Source: Octopus sinensis (Eukaryota). Taken from it: a stretch of 12,221 nt of DNA. The position numbers and the translations under genes were made by a program. The number at the start of each line of letters is the position of its first letter. Within the stretch, counting starts at the first letter, position 1. The stretch spans positions 1 to 12,221 of the forward strand of contig NW_021826680.1 of NCBI RefSeq assembly GCF_006345805.1, in the 5' to 3' direction. The notes below the pieces were generated by a model. The model was not told the origin of the DNA and ran no database searches. It worked only from the letters and a program-made list of their open reading frames with translations. This document shows positions 1 to 8,632 of this stretch, piece by piece.

Positions 1-180
1 TAGCCCCCCAAAAATACCCCCATCACCCAACACTATTTTGTTTATTAAGAGATGTAAGAAAAAATTCTATTGTCTTACTTTGTGGATTAAATAGTTAACT
101 GTCGCTTTTCTTTCTCTTTTTTTGTATATATCAATATATTACAGTAGATTACATTAGTACTATAAATGTTTAATTACACA

Positions 181-207
181 CTCTCCCCCCCTCTCTCTCG
201 CACGCAT

Positions 208-240
<33 letters not shown>

Positions 241-370
241 GGCACAGAGGCACAAAATACACTCACACAGCGGCACAGAGGCGCAAAACACACACAGTGG
301 CACAAAAACGCACAAACTAACACCCAGACACACACAAACACAAATACGCGCGCAAAACATACACGCATGC
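181..370. repeat. (CT)n/(CA)n microsatellite with an embedded 27-31 bp minisatellite
   Basis: Pure CA run at about 207-238. The unit cagYggcacagaggcRcaaaa recurs at 237 and 268, and partially at 295. Confidence 0.9.
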
Positions 371-660
371 ACACATATATACACATATTAGTATGCATAT
401 ATGTACCTATGTATACATATATAAGCATATACATATATATGTATCTATCTATATATGTACATATATATAAATATAAATAAATATATATTTATATATATAT
501 ACACACATATATATACATACATATATATACATATATATATATATACATACATATTATATACATACATATATAATACATATATATCATATATATATATATA
601 CATCATATATATAATCATATATATGCATATTATTATATATATGTATATTATATGTATGTA

Positions 661-731
<71 letters not shown>

Positions 732-736
732 CGTAC
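371..736. repeat. Compound (TA)n/(TACA)n/(TATG)n microsatellite
   Basis: Almost entirely TA-based di- and tetranucleotide units. Confidence 0.95.
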
Positions 737-837
737 ATGTCAGAATTTAGCTTCTGGCGTTATCCAGAATAAGTCTGCTAATGACGCTCTCTGTCGGCCT
801 CTTAACGTCAATAACCATCAAATCCTCCTAAACACAG
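737..837 (-). other. Candidate 101-nt exon (non-coding, UTR or terminal)
   Basis: Minus strand has acceptor ttttattttcag| at 838 and donor cat|gtacgt at 736. It is a unique-sequence island between microsatellites. Stops occur in all three frames from this acceptor. Confidence 0.25.
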
Positions 838-874
838 CTGAAAATAAAATACTTCTTGGGTGGTCTCTGTGCTT

Positions 875-1040
875 CTTCCTTATTCCACCCTCTCTCTATC
901 TATCTATCTGTCTCTTTCTCCCACCTATTCTTCCTCTATCCTCTCTTTGTCTCTCTGTCTTTCTGTCACTCCCTCCCTTTTTCGTCTGCTTTCACTCTCT
1001 CTCTCTCTCTCCCCCCCTCTCTGTCTATCTTTCTCTCACA
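875..1040. repeat. Polypyrimidine (CT/CTAT/CTGT)-rich low-complexity tract
   Basis: Degenerate CT repeats on the plus strand. Confidence 0.9.
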
Positions 1041-1160
1041 CACTCAAACCATTCACACATGCATTACTGCACTGGATGCCTTTTCTAACTGTGATTGATG
1101 CTGTTTAAAGTTGCTGTTGTTGATAGGTTTAACAAGACATAATTAGTCATAATTTGGATG

Positions 1161-1251
1161 TATATGCACAAACACACACATACACACACATACACACACA
1201 CATACACACAACACACACACACACACAACACACACACAGACACACACACAC
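1161..1251. repeat. (CA)n microsatellite, interrupted
   Basis: Direct reading of the sequence. Confidence 0.95.
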
Positions 1252-1321
1252 TCTTTATTTGGTGCGTAGTTTTTCAGAATTGGTATTGTTGTGCTTCCCA
1301 AGCCGGTTGTACATCGGTGTT

Positions 1322-1426
1322 GGCACGAGGGTTTGGTTTACGAAGTTCGCTTCACAACAAAGTACCTTCTACTCTAGGCCCGGGGCCGTCCAGTGCTTTG
1401 TGATCGGACTTGACTGACGGAAATTG
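1322..1426 (+). mobile_element. SINE family A, diverged and internally deleted copy (B box lost)
   Basis: aagtaccttctactctaggcccggggccgtccagtgctttgtgatcggacttgactgacggaaattg aligns with 8256-8321 (aagtgtcttctactatagcctcgggccgaccaaagccttgtgagtggatttggtagacggaaactg). Confidence 0.7.
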
Positions 1427-1430
1427 TTTG

Positions 1431-1611
1431 GGAGCCCATTGTGGCTATGTGGTAAGACTTTTGTCTCCGAGCCACTTGGCTCCGGGTTCAATCGCACTGC
1501 GTGACACCTTGAGAAAGTGTTTCATACAATAGTTTCAGGCCGACAAAACCTTTATGAATGGATTTGGTAGATGGAGACTGAAAGAAACCTGTTGTATATA
1601 TAAATATATAT
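1431..1611 (+). mobile_element. SINE family A (tRNA-derived, CORE-like), 5' half ending in its internal TA tract
   Basis: A box tggctatgtgg (1442) and B box ggttcaatcgc (1485). Colinear with the copy at 8172-8335. The gtgacaccttgagaaagtg segment resembles the CORE-SINE motif GTGACCTTGGGCAAGT (recalled, not searched). Confidence 0.85.
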
Positions 1612-1759
1612 ATAACGAAACGTTGGCGCAAAGCAGTGTTTAGGTATGAGCACAATTCAGGTTAGTTGAAATATGTTTGTCACATATTTCAACTGCTATT
1701 TGCAAACATATTTCATTGTGATCATACTTAAACGCTGCTTTGCGCCAGTGCTTCGTTAT
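1612..1759. mobile_element. Foldback or MITE-like element with 45-bp inverted arms and an internal hairpin
   Basis: 1612-1656 is the reverse complement of 1715-1759 with 6 non-Watson-Crick positions. The inner 13-bp perfect inverted repeat is agttgaaatatgt/acatatttcaact (1664-1676 with 1682-1694). Confidence 0.75.
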
Positions 1760-1885
1760 TTATCTCGATCGGACGACCTACAAGCGCAAATCACTCAACG
1801 TGTTGCCTGAATTATATATAAAGCTCCAAGCTTTATTAGGTTCATTCGGAGTTGCCTCTCTTAGGTACATCTCATTGACAAGAGT

Positions 1886-2098
1886 CAAGGGGCTAAATAC
1901 AGAGGGGACAAACACAACGACAGACAAACAGATTAAGTCGATTGTATCGATCCCAGTGCGTAACTGGTACTTATTTAATCGACTCCAAAAGGATGAAAGG
2001 CAAAATCGAGCTCGGCGGAATTTGAACTCAGAACGTAGCGGCAGACGAAATACCGCTACGCATTTCGCCCGGCGTGCTAACGTTTCTACCAGCTCGCC
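1886..2098 (-). mobile_element. SINE family B (tRNA-derived), near full length
   Basis: The reverse complement aligns end to end with 2714-2919. Head is ggcgagctggtagaaacgttagc, B box gagttcaaattcc, core ttttgcctttcatccttttggagtcgat. Confidence 0.9.
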
Positions 2099-2145
2099 AT
2101 GTAGTTGGGGAGCAAACTGCTTACCACACAGCCACGCCTGCACCT
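2097..2145 (-). mobile_element. SINE family A 5' head only, fused directly to the family B copy
   Basis: The reverse complement aggtgcaggcgtggctgtgtggtaagcagtttgctccccaactacatgg matches 8172-8220 (gtggctttgtggtaagtagcttgcttacgaaccacatgg). Confidence 0.75.
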
Positions 2146-2713
2146 GTAAATATCTTTTTTTAGTAAGAACGGAAAGCTTGTTTTGGTGGTGGGTTTTGTG
2201 GGTGATCGATATGTAGTTTGTTGTGCAGCTGCATCGGAAAAATATACGAGAAAGAGTTGAGATTGATGTTATCTCGTTGTGAAGCCTATGATTCGAAAAG
2301 GTGTCGGAATGTAGCGTTGGTGGAGGGTGCGGAAAGATCGTGAGAGAATGGATGCTTGCCCCGTGCTCCATCATTTAAAATTTTACAAATTTTGAAATGT
2401 TGTTTGGTGTTGCGATAAGTAAGCCGTTGTTAGATTTATTTTTTGCATCGTTTCTAAAGGTGTTTAGTATTTGGTGTATAAACCGATAGCGAGATATAGA
2501 ATACAAAAGCTATGATGTATTCGATAGTAGTTACAATATTGCGCTTCACTGGATTATGTTCTGGAAATCTTCTTAAGCCCTATTTGGTAGCGTTTTGGAC
2601 AGGGCAGTGTTTGAGTGTATCGCTCATAATATGCGCAGTGGTTTGGTGTTCGCTTTTGACATCAAACGTTGAACCTTTCTAAACTATAGAGTTCAGCAGA
2701 AAGGTTGCCCTGA

Positions 2714-2936
2714 GGCGAGCGAGCTGGCAGAAACGTTAGCACGTCGGCGAAATGCTTTGCGATATTTCGTCTGTCATTACGTTGTGCGAGTTCACATTCC
2801 GCCGAGATCGACTTTGCCTTTCATCCTTTCGGGGTCGATAAATTAAGTACCAGTTACGCACTGGGGTCGATGTAATCGACTTAATCCCTTTGTTTGTCTC
2901 TTCTATGTTTAGCCCCTTGTGGGCATTAAAGAAATA
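2714..2936 (+). mobile_element. SINE family B, full length, with 16-bp target-site duplication
   Basis: Flanked by agaaaggttgccctga (2698-2713) and agaaaggtttccctga (2937-2952), one mismatch. Has A/B-box-like head, core gactttgcctttcatcctttcggggtcgataaattaagtaccag and an A-rich tail. Confidence 0.92.
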
Positions 2937-3404
2937 AGAAAGGTTTCCCTGATTTCAAAGATTAATAAAAAACAAACACGTGAAGATAAAAAAAAACTCT
3001 CTATTTCTTTGGTGTACATGATGCCCTCCACTCCAGGCCATGTTGGGTACAATCTGAAACAGACATAAAAATGGCATTTGATAAACTTTATAGAAATATA
3101 AAGTTTTTAAACATCTTCATGTGCTTGTTTTTCTTATTAAGCTTTGAAATCGGGGCAGTCTTTCTGTCGCAGCCTCTATATGCGAGTTTTCTGATTTGTA
3201 ATGGCGGTTGAAGGTAGTTGCTATGTACAAATAAGTATTTATGGTATTCTGACACCAAAAGTTAACTCATGGTGGACATTAGAGAAGAAAATCGAAGATG
3301 AGTCTATGCAATGCTATTTCATTTAAGTTTTTGTCGAGATATATACTATGATTCATTCCTGGCGGTCTCTGGATATCCGCTATTAGAAAGAGATATAATT
3401 ATCT

Positions 3405-3452
3405 CCTCAGAGTATTATTATCATTATTATTATCCTTATTATCATTATCCTT
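3405..3452. repeat. (TAT/CAT)n trinucleotide tract
   Basis: Direct reading of the sequence. Confidence 0.8.
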
Positions 3453-3467
3453 ACAAAGCGGCGATAT

Positions 3468-3630
3468 GGCGGAGAGCTGGCAGAACTGTTACAACGCCGG
3501 GATTTCGACTTTGCCTTCCATACTTTCCGTTTCGTTAAATTACGCACCAGTGAAACACTGGGGGTGATGTAATCGACTAATCCCCTCTCCGCAAATTTTA
3601 GGCCTTGTGCATTTAATAGAATGGATTATT
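3468..3630 (+). mobile_element. SINE family B-related, diverged and internally deleted (B box lost)
   Basis: ggcggagagctggcagaactgttacaacgccggg jumps to atttcgactttgccttcc. The 3' part cactgggggtgatgtaatcgactaatccc matches 2860-2888. Confidence 0.75.
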
Positions 3631-3636
3631 ACAAAG

Positions 3637-3855
3637 GGGCGAACTGGCAGAGGAGTTAGTGCTTTGTGTAAAATTTTTAATGGCGATTTTCCCTTGCTCT
3701 TTACGTTCTGGTTTTAAATTCACCGAAATTGACTTTGCCTTTCATCCTTTCGAGGTCGATAAATAAAATACCAGCTGAGCATTGGAGGTCAATGTAATCG
3801 CCTTACTCGTCCTCTAAGATTGCCTCGTCTTTTTGCCAAAATTGAAAACCATTAC
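3637..3855 (+). mobile_element. SINE family B-related, old full-length copy
   Basis: Head ggggcgaactggcagagg and core gactttgcctttcatcctttcgaggtcgataaat (3731-3764). Confidence 0.8.
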
Positions 3856-4055
3856 TATACTCCATAGTTTCCAGTCACGAGGAATTTGACTAGTGGTACG
3901 AGACGTTACGGATGTTGACGCATTAACAGTAAAATGGGCGCTGACATACTTTATGTTGAGAGCAAAAGTATTTTAATTAATAAACATTCTAATTAATTCT
4001 CGGCTTAACTACTTCAAGTATGTTAACAGCAAGATTTTTAAATATTAATTTTTCA

Positions 4056-4092
4056 ACTAGCAGCGGCGTTGCCGGGTATAATTTCTGCTAGT
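4056..4092. mobile_element. Possible Helitron-type 3' terminus (GC hairpin plus CTAG-T) present in both orientations
   Basis: actagcag (4056-4063) and ctgctagt (4085-4092) are perfect inverted repeats around the hairpin cggc-gtt-gccg. A hairpin followed by CTAG then T is the Helitron 3' hallmark. Confidence 0.3.
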
Positions 4093-4129
4093 CATTCTTC
4101 ATTATTAATGATTTAAAGATCTTAACGAT

Positions 4130-4495
4130 AATGATGCTGGTGATGATGATGATTAATAAAATATACGATTGAGGCGAAGGTTTTAATAAGGACAAGGTTT
4201 GCGTTCATAGCATTGGTGATGATGATGATGATGATGTGGAGGATAATGATGATAATGATGATGATAGTGAGGATGGTGAAGGTAGCGGTCGTGGTGGTGC
4301 TGATGGATGAGGGGGGATGACGATGACAGTAATGATGACGATATAGGTGTTACTACTAATAATGATGATGATGATGTGGAGGTTGGCGGCTTGGTGGCAA
4401 TAGTGATAATGACGATGATGATGATAATGATGATGCTGATTAAGATGATGAACATTTTGGTTATGATGCTGATAATGATGATGATTGCGATGTTT
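4130..4495. repeat. Compound (GAT/AAT/GGT/GAC)n trinucleotide repeat
   Basis: Degenerate NAT/GRT triplets. Source of the poly-H, poly-I, poly-D and poly-M ORFs. Confidence 0.9.
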
Positions 4496-4534
4496 ATATG
4501 ACAGTTAACGAGAATGAAAAAATGTAAAACGAGT

Positions 4535-5125
4535 ATTGTTTTCTTTTCCCCAGTTTCACTTTGCATTTTGCATTTATAGAATGTGTAACTCTTAATGTGA
4601 ATGAGATATATAATTCGAATACCCCTCTCCGATCATCGCAGTTTCACTTCTGCACACACACACAGATACACACACACACAAATACACATACACAGACACA
4701 CACAAATACACACATACATATACAAACACTCACATACACACACAAACACGCATACACACACACAAATGCACACACACAAATATACACACACACAAATACA
4801 CACACATACACATGCATACACACAAATACACATATACACTCAAATACACACACATACACACACACACCCACACACACAAATACACACACAAACATCGTTT
4901 TCTTTTCCACAGCTTCAGTTTGTATTTATAAAATGTATAACTCTTAACGTGAACGAGGTGTACTTCGAAAATCTTCCGGTGATCATCTCGTTTTCAAGTT
5001 TCTACACACACATATAGACACACACACACACACACACCACACACACACACACAAACACACGCACGTACACACACACATGTACACACATGCAATTGTGCAC
5101 GTATATGCACATGCATAAGCATGCA
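4535..5125. repeat. Two tandem units of about 359 bp (about 115-bp core plus CA-rich tract)
   Basis: Core 4535-4655 (attgttttcttttccccag...gtgtaactcttaatgtgaatgag...gatcatc) aligns with 4894-5005 (atcgttttcttttccacag...gtataactcttaacgtgaacgag...gatcatc). Confidence 0.85.
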
Positions 5126-5821
5126 ACGAATCTGTGGTTATATTTATAGACAAAGTAAAAAAAAACCCGAAACATACCCTTTTTGAAAAGGAGAAACTCA
5201 CTATCGCCCATACTAGCTCACCACAGCAATGTCTCTGTTGAAATTGCAGATGTTGGCAACGTTGCTTCCGGCCCAAAACATTAGCATCTATCAACATTTA
5301 CCAATAGTCTTGATACTTTTCTTATCCTTGTTTCCTTTTCTTTTACAAATAAAATTTGAAACTCAAAAACAGAAACCTGAACAAAACAATTGCAAATTGT
5401 ATTTTTAACTAATGACTAAATACAACGGTAAAAGAAAGAAAACAAAAAAAAAACACCGTCTCCCTAGAGTTAAAGAAACGTTGTGGTGTTTCTCTGGCTT
5501 TTTTTTTTACCATTCTTATTGGTGCCGTGGTTGTTTTTCTCGTAGTATCTGTTTTGTTTTATCGCTCAATCGTAAAATATTTTAAAGTTCAACTTTGTTT
5601 GTGTTCCTTTCTTTCGATATTTTGCCTTGATATTTTAAAATAAATAAACACATCAAAATATCATTGATAAAAGATTCAAATCAGATAAGACTATTATTAT
5701 TTTTCCTATGGCAAAACTACAAACTCTAGAGTAGACTTTTCCTTCTTTTTTTTCTTTCTTTCTACTTTTTCTGCCATTCTTCCTAGTATCATATTCCCCC
5801 TTAACTGCTTTTAAGACTCAC

Positions 5822-5867
5822 CTTGAGTGGGCAGGTCACACCTGCAAAACTTCAACATGCTACCAAA
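5822..5867 (-). other. Candidate 46-nt internal exon of a minus-strand gene
   Basis: An AG-free polypyrimidine tract of about 40 nt ends in ttttttttttccttag|, and the donor is consensus AAG|GTGAGT. Only one frame is open: FGSMLKFCRCDLPTQ plus 1 nt. The peptide is not recognised. Confidence 0.45.
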
Positions 5868-6255
5868 CTAAGGAAAAAAAAAACAAAAGACGAATAGAAA
5901 CGGAAAGACATCCACCATTTTGTTTTTTCTCTCCTATTTTTCTCAGAGAAAAACAAGGAATGCTCAAATGTCTTAGAGAATGCCTTAGAGAGTTTCTAAA
6001 ATATCATTCCGACTAGTGAAGAATTCTGCGTCTCACTTTTTCTCGAAATAACGGTGATATCAGACGAGGACACAGCTTCAGGATGAAAGAAACCAAAATC
6101 AACTGAAAATAGATTTTAATTTTAATAAAAAGCGAAAAAGTAAAAAAGAAAATTTAAGAGAATTTCAAAATAAAATCTCATCGCACAAACGCGCTCGCAC
6201 ACATATATTAGTATGTATATATTCATATCTGTATATGTTTATGTTTGTATATATG

Positions 6256-6540
6256 TCTAATGGTTTAGTGGTTAGGAAATTGGATTCATGATCATAAAAT
6301 TGTGGTTTCGGTTCCTGGGTGAGGCGGTGCGATGTGTTTTTTTTTTCAAAACACCTCCTTTCACTGCTCCAGTCCACTCAGCAGGCAAAGTGAATAATCC
6401 TTCGATGGATCGGCGGGCGCCACGGAAACCAGGAAACCGGCCCTATGAGTCAGGAAGGATCATGGTCCAATTTTTACGGTGACGGTGCTACAGCATGGCC
6501 ACAGCCTTAGGGATGAAACGTATAAAAGTATAAAAGAATA
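6256..6540 (+). mobile_element. SINE family C (tRNA-derived) with LINE-like 3' tail
   Basis: A box tggtttagtgg (6261) and B-box-like ggtttcggttcc (6304). The 3' end gacggtgctacagcatggccacagccttagggatgaaac plus (gtataaaa)2 matches the tails at 8585 and 9970. Confidence 0.65.
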
Positions 6541-6611
6541 TCTAATTATCTCTCTCTCAATATAAGTGTGTATGCTTGTGTATGTTTGCGTGTCTGTGTG
6601 TGTGTGCATAT

Positions 6612-6803
6612 ATCATGGTGATCACGGTGACCGACCAGGCTATCAGATGTTGTTACACATCGCTGGTCACAATGCGCTTCACATTGTTTTAGTCTTCAAA
6701 TGACGCTACCCCGCAACAGAAGAAAGAACGAGAGGAAGTTGTGGCGAAAGAGTACAGCAGGGATCGCTACCCCTTCCCTGCCGGAGCTTCGTGGAGCTTT
6801 AGG
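6612..6803 (-). mobile_element. SINE family D body and 3' tail, head missing
   Basis: GC-richer island between microsatellites with a terminal hairpin (gaccag/ctggtc, gatgt/acatc at 6633-6668). It resembles an abundant octopus SINE recalled from memory. No second copy is in the window. Confidence 0.5.
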
Positions 6804-6805
6804 AG

Positions 6806-7345
6806 TAGATATTCTGTCAGATATTCGCACGCATACACACATACATGCACGCACTCTCACACACACACAAACATCTACAAACATGCACATATACGCACAC
6901 ACACACAAACACATACACCTCTATACACACACACGACTCTATACACATGCACACACATCTCTACACACGCACCCACATCACATCTCTACACGCACGTGTC
7001 TACACATACACAACTCCACACACACACGTACACACCACCCTACACACACGCACGCACACACCTCTTGACCCACGCATACACCTTGGCACACATGCACCTC
7101 TACACACACGCACACACACACAGCTACACACACACATATCTACATACACACTCACACACACAGAAACACAAACACACGCTCTTACACGCTCACACAAAGA
7201 CGTGCACACGCACACCCATACAAATAGATATTCTCTCGGATATTCCCACACATACGCACAAACTAACACACACACACAGACACACATATCCCTATACCTA
7301 CCCACACATACCCCTATACCTACCCACACAGACGCACATGATACC
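6806..7345. repeat. Degenerate CA-rich tract with a recurring 21-bp motif
   Basis: tagatattctgtcagatattc (6806) and tagatattctctcggatattc (7225) each precede CA-rich sequence. Confidence 0.85.
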
Positions 7346-7589
7346 AAGCCCCAACCTCAAACCCTCACAGACGTTACCCTCTCACATTGTACTATACAGC
7401 TCCCTACTTTATGATCTTTTTTTTACACGTATTTATTTAGGGCTGTATACAAGACACCACTAATTATCGTATTTATAGTTCTACTCTTCTATAGCTATAC
7501 ACCCTCTTTTATACACCCATGTACACGCACCTCGCCACGAAGCACAATTCCTTTTGTGCCACATTCCAAACTATTGATCTAAGAAATTA

Positions 7590-7745
7590 TGTGGGTTTGT
7601 TACAATGTCGCTTTCCAAGTAAGAATTCCGTTCGACTCGCCCTGTGATTTCCGGCACCTTATGGCTATAGGAACTTATTGATTAACGATCAATAATTTGG
7701 TAGCATCTACACTTCTATCACGTTTGGCCGATAGAACCAGTAAAA
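7590..7745 (+). mobile_element. Possible highly decayed SINE family A copy
   Basis: Scattered colinear matches to 8172-8540: gttcgactc, ggcacctt, ctatag, atttggtag, ccgatagaa. Confidence 0.3.
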
Positions 7746-7774
7746 TCGGGTTACTGCTTATTGATGTTCTCTCG

Positions 7775-7904
7775 GATCACAAGTATGTACACGCATACCC
7801 ATACGTTTATATTTAAAATAATATACACACATACACGCACGTAATGTGTGTGTGTACATCTGTATAGATATGTATATGTATACATGTATATGTATTTGCA
7901 TATA

Positions 7905-7946
<42 letters not shown>

Positions 7947-8072
7947 TTCATATATATGTATATGTGTATGTGTATGTATATGGTGTGTGGGTGTATGTGT
8001 AATTGTGCGTGTGTGTGTATATGTGCGTGTAGAGGACCAGAGAGAAATATAAAGTGCACAACAGCGACAAGA

Positions 8073-8141
<69 letters not shown>

Positions 8142-8168
8142 TGTATGTATGTATGTATGTATGTATGT
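7775..8168. repeat. Compound (TA)n/(TG)n/(TATG)n microsatellite
   Basis: Includes a long perfect TATG run at about 8112-8168. Confidence 0.95.
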
Positions 8169-8171
8169 TTC

Positions 8172-8350
8172 GGCATCTGTAGTGGCTTTGTGGTAAGTAG
8201 CTTGCTTACGAACCACATGGTTTTGGGTTCACTCCCACTGCGTGGCACCTTGGGTAAGTGTCTTCTACTATAGCCTCGGGCCGACCAAAGCCTTGTGAGT
8301 GGATTTGGTAGACGGAAACTGAAAGAACCCCTCATATATATGTATTATAT

Positions 8351-8385
<35 letters not shown>

Positions 8386-8393
8386 ATGTGTGT

Positions 8394-8428
<35 letters not shown>

Positions 8429-8632
8429 CTGTCTGTGTGTCTATGTCTGTCCCCCCCAACATCGCTTGACAACCGATGGTGGTGTGTTTACGTCCCCGTA
8501 ACTTAGCGGTTCGGCAAAAGAGACCGATAGAATAAGTACTAGGCTTACAAAGAATAAGTCCTGTGGTCGGCTTGCTCGACTAAAGGCGCCGCTCCAGCAT
8601 GGCCATAATCACATGACTGAAACAAGTAAAAG
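8172..8632 (+). mobile_element. SINE family A, full length, with internal (TA)n(TG)n microsatellite
   Basis: A box tggctttgtgg (8183), B box gggttcactccc (8225), CORE-like gtggcaccttgggtaagtg, internal microsatellite 8335-8452, and 3' tail ggcgccgctccagcatggcc...tgaaacaagtaaaag shared with the LINE at 9970. Confidence 0.88.

Noticed and set aside
160-772. ORFs rich in H/T, C/V and Y/I
   Set aside because: Translations of CA/TG/TA microsatellites. The same applies to the ORFs at 1154-1417, 4561-5297, 6696-7463, 7751-8462 and 10899-11225.
856-1108. S/L-rich hydrophobic ORFs
   Set aside because: Read-through of the CT tract, not a membrane protein.
1740-2374. 158-aa and 198-aa ORFs on opposite strands
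   Set aside because: Both run across SINE B and the SINE A head, with no recognisable domain.
2160-2690. Strand-biased region with faint LINE endonuclease-like words (SVYTP, LNDG) on the minus strand
   Set aside because: Motifs are short, in different frames and not convincingly ordered. It needs a profile search.
3404-3410. CUGAGGA on the minus strand
   Set aside because: No downstream GAAA or helix III, so it is not a hammerhead.
4183-4566. Poly-His/poly-Ile and poly-Asp/poly-Met ORFs
   Set aside because: Products of the GAT/AAT trinucleotide repeat.
5172-5380. Several minus-strand donor-like sites and an acceptor at 5377
   Set aside because: No consistent open exon in phase with the 46-nt exon. 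Probably cryptic sites.
6256-6320. tRNA gene-like A/B boxes (also at 1442, 2720 and 8183)
   Set aside because: No cloverleaf or acceptor stem, and they are followed by SINE bodies. These are SINE heads, not tRNA genes.
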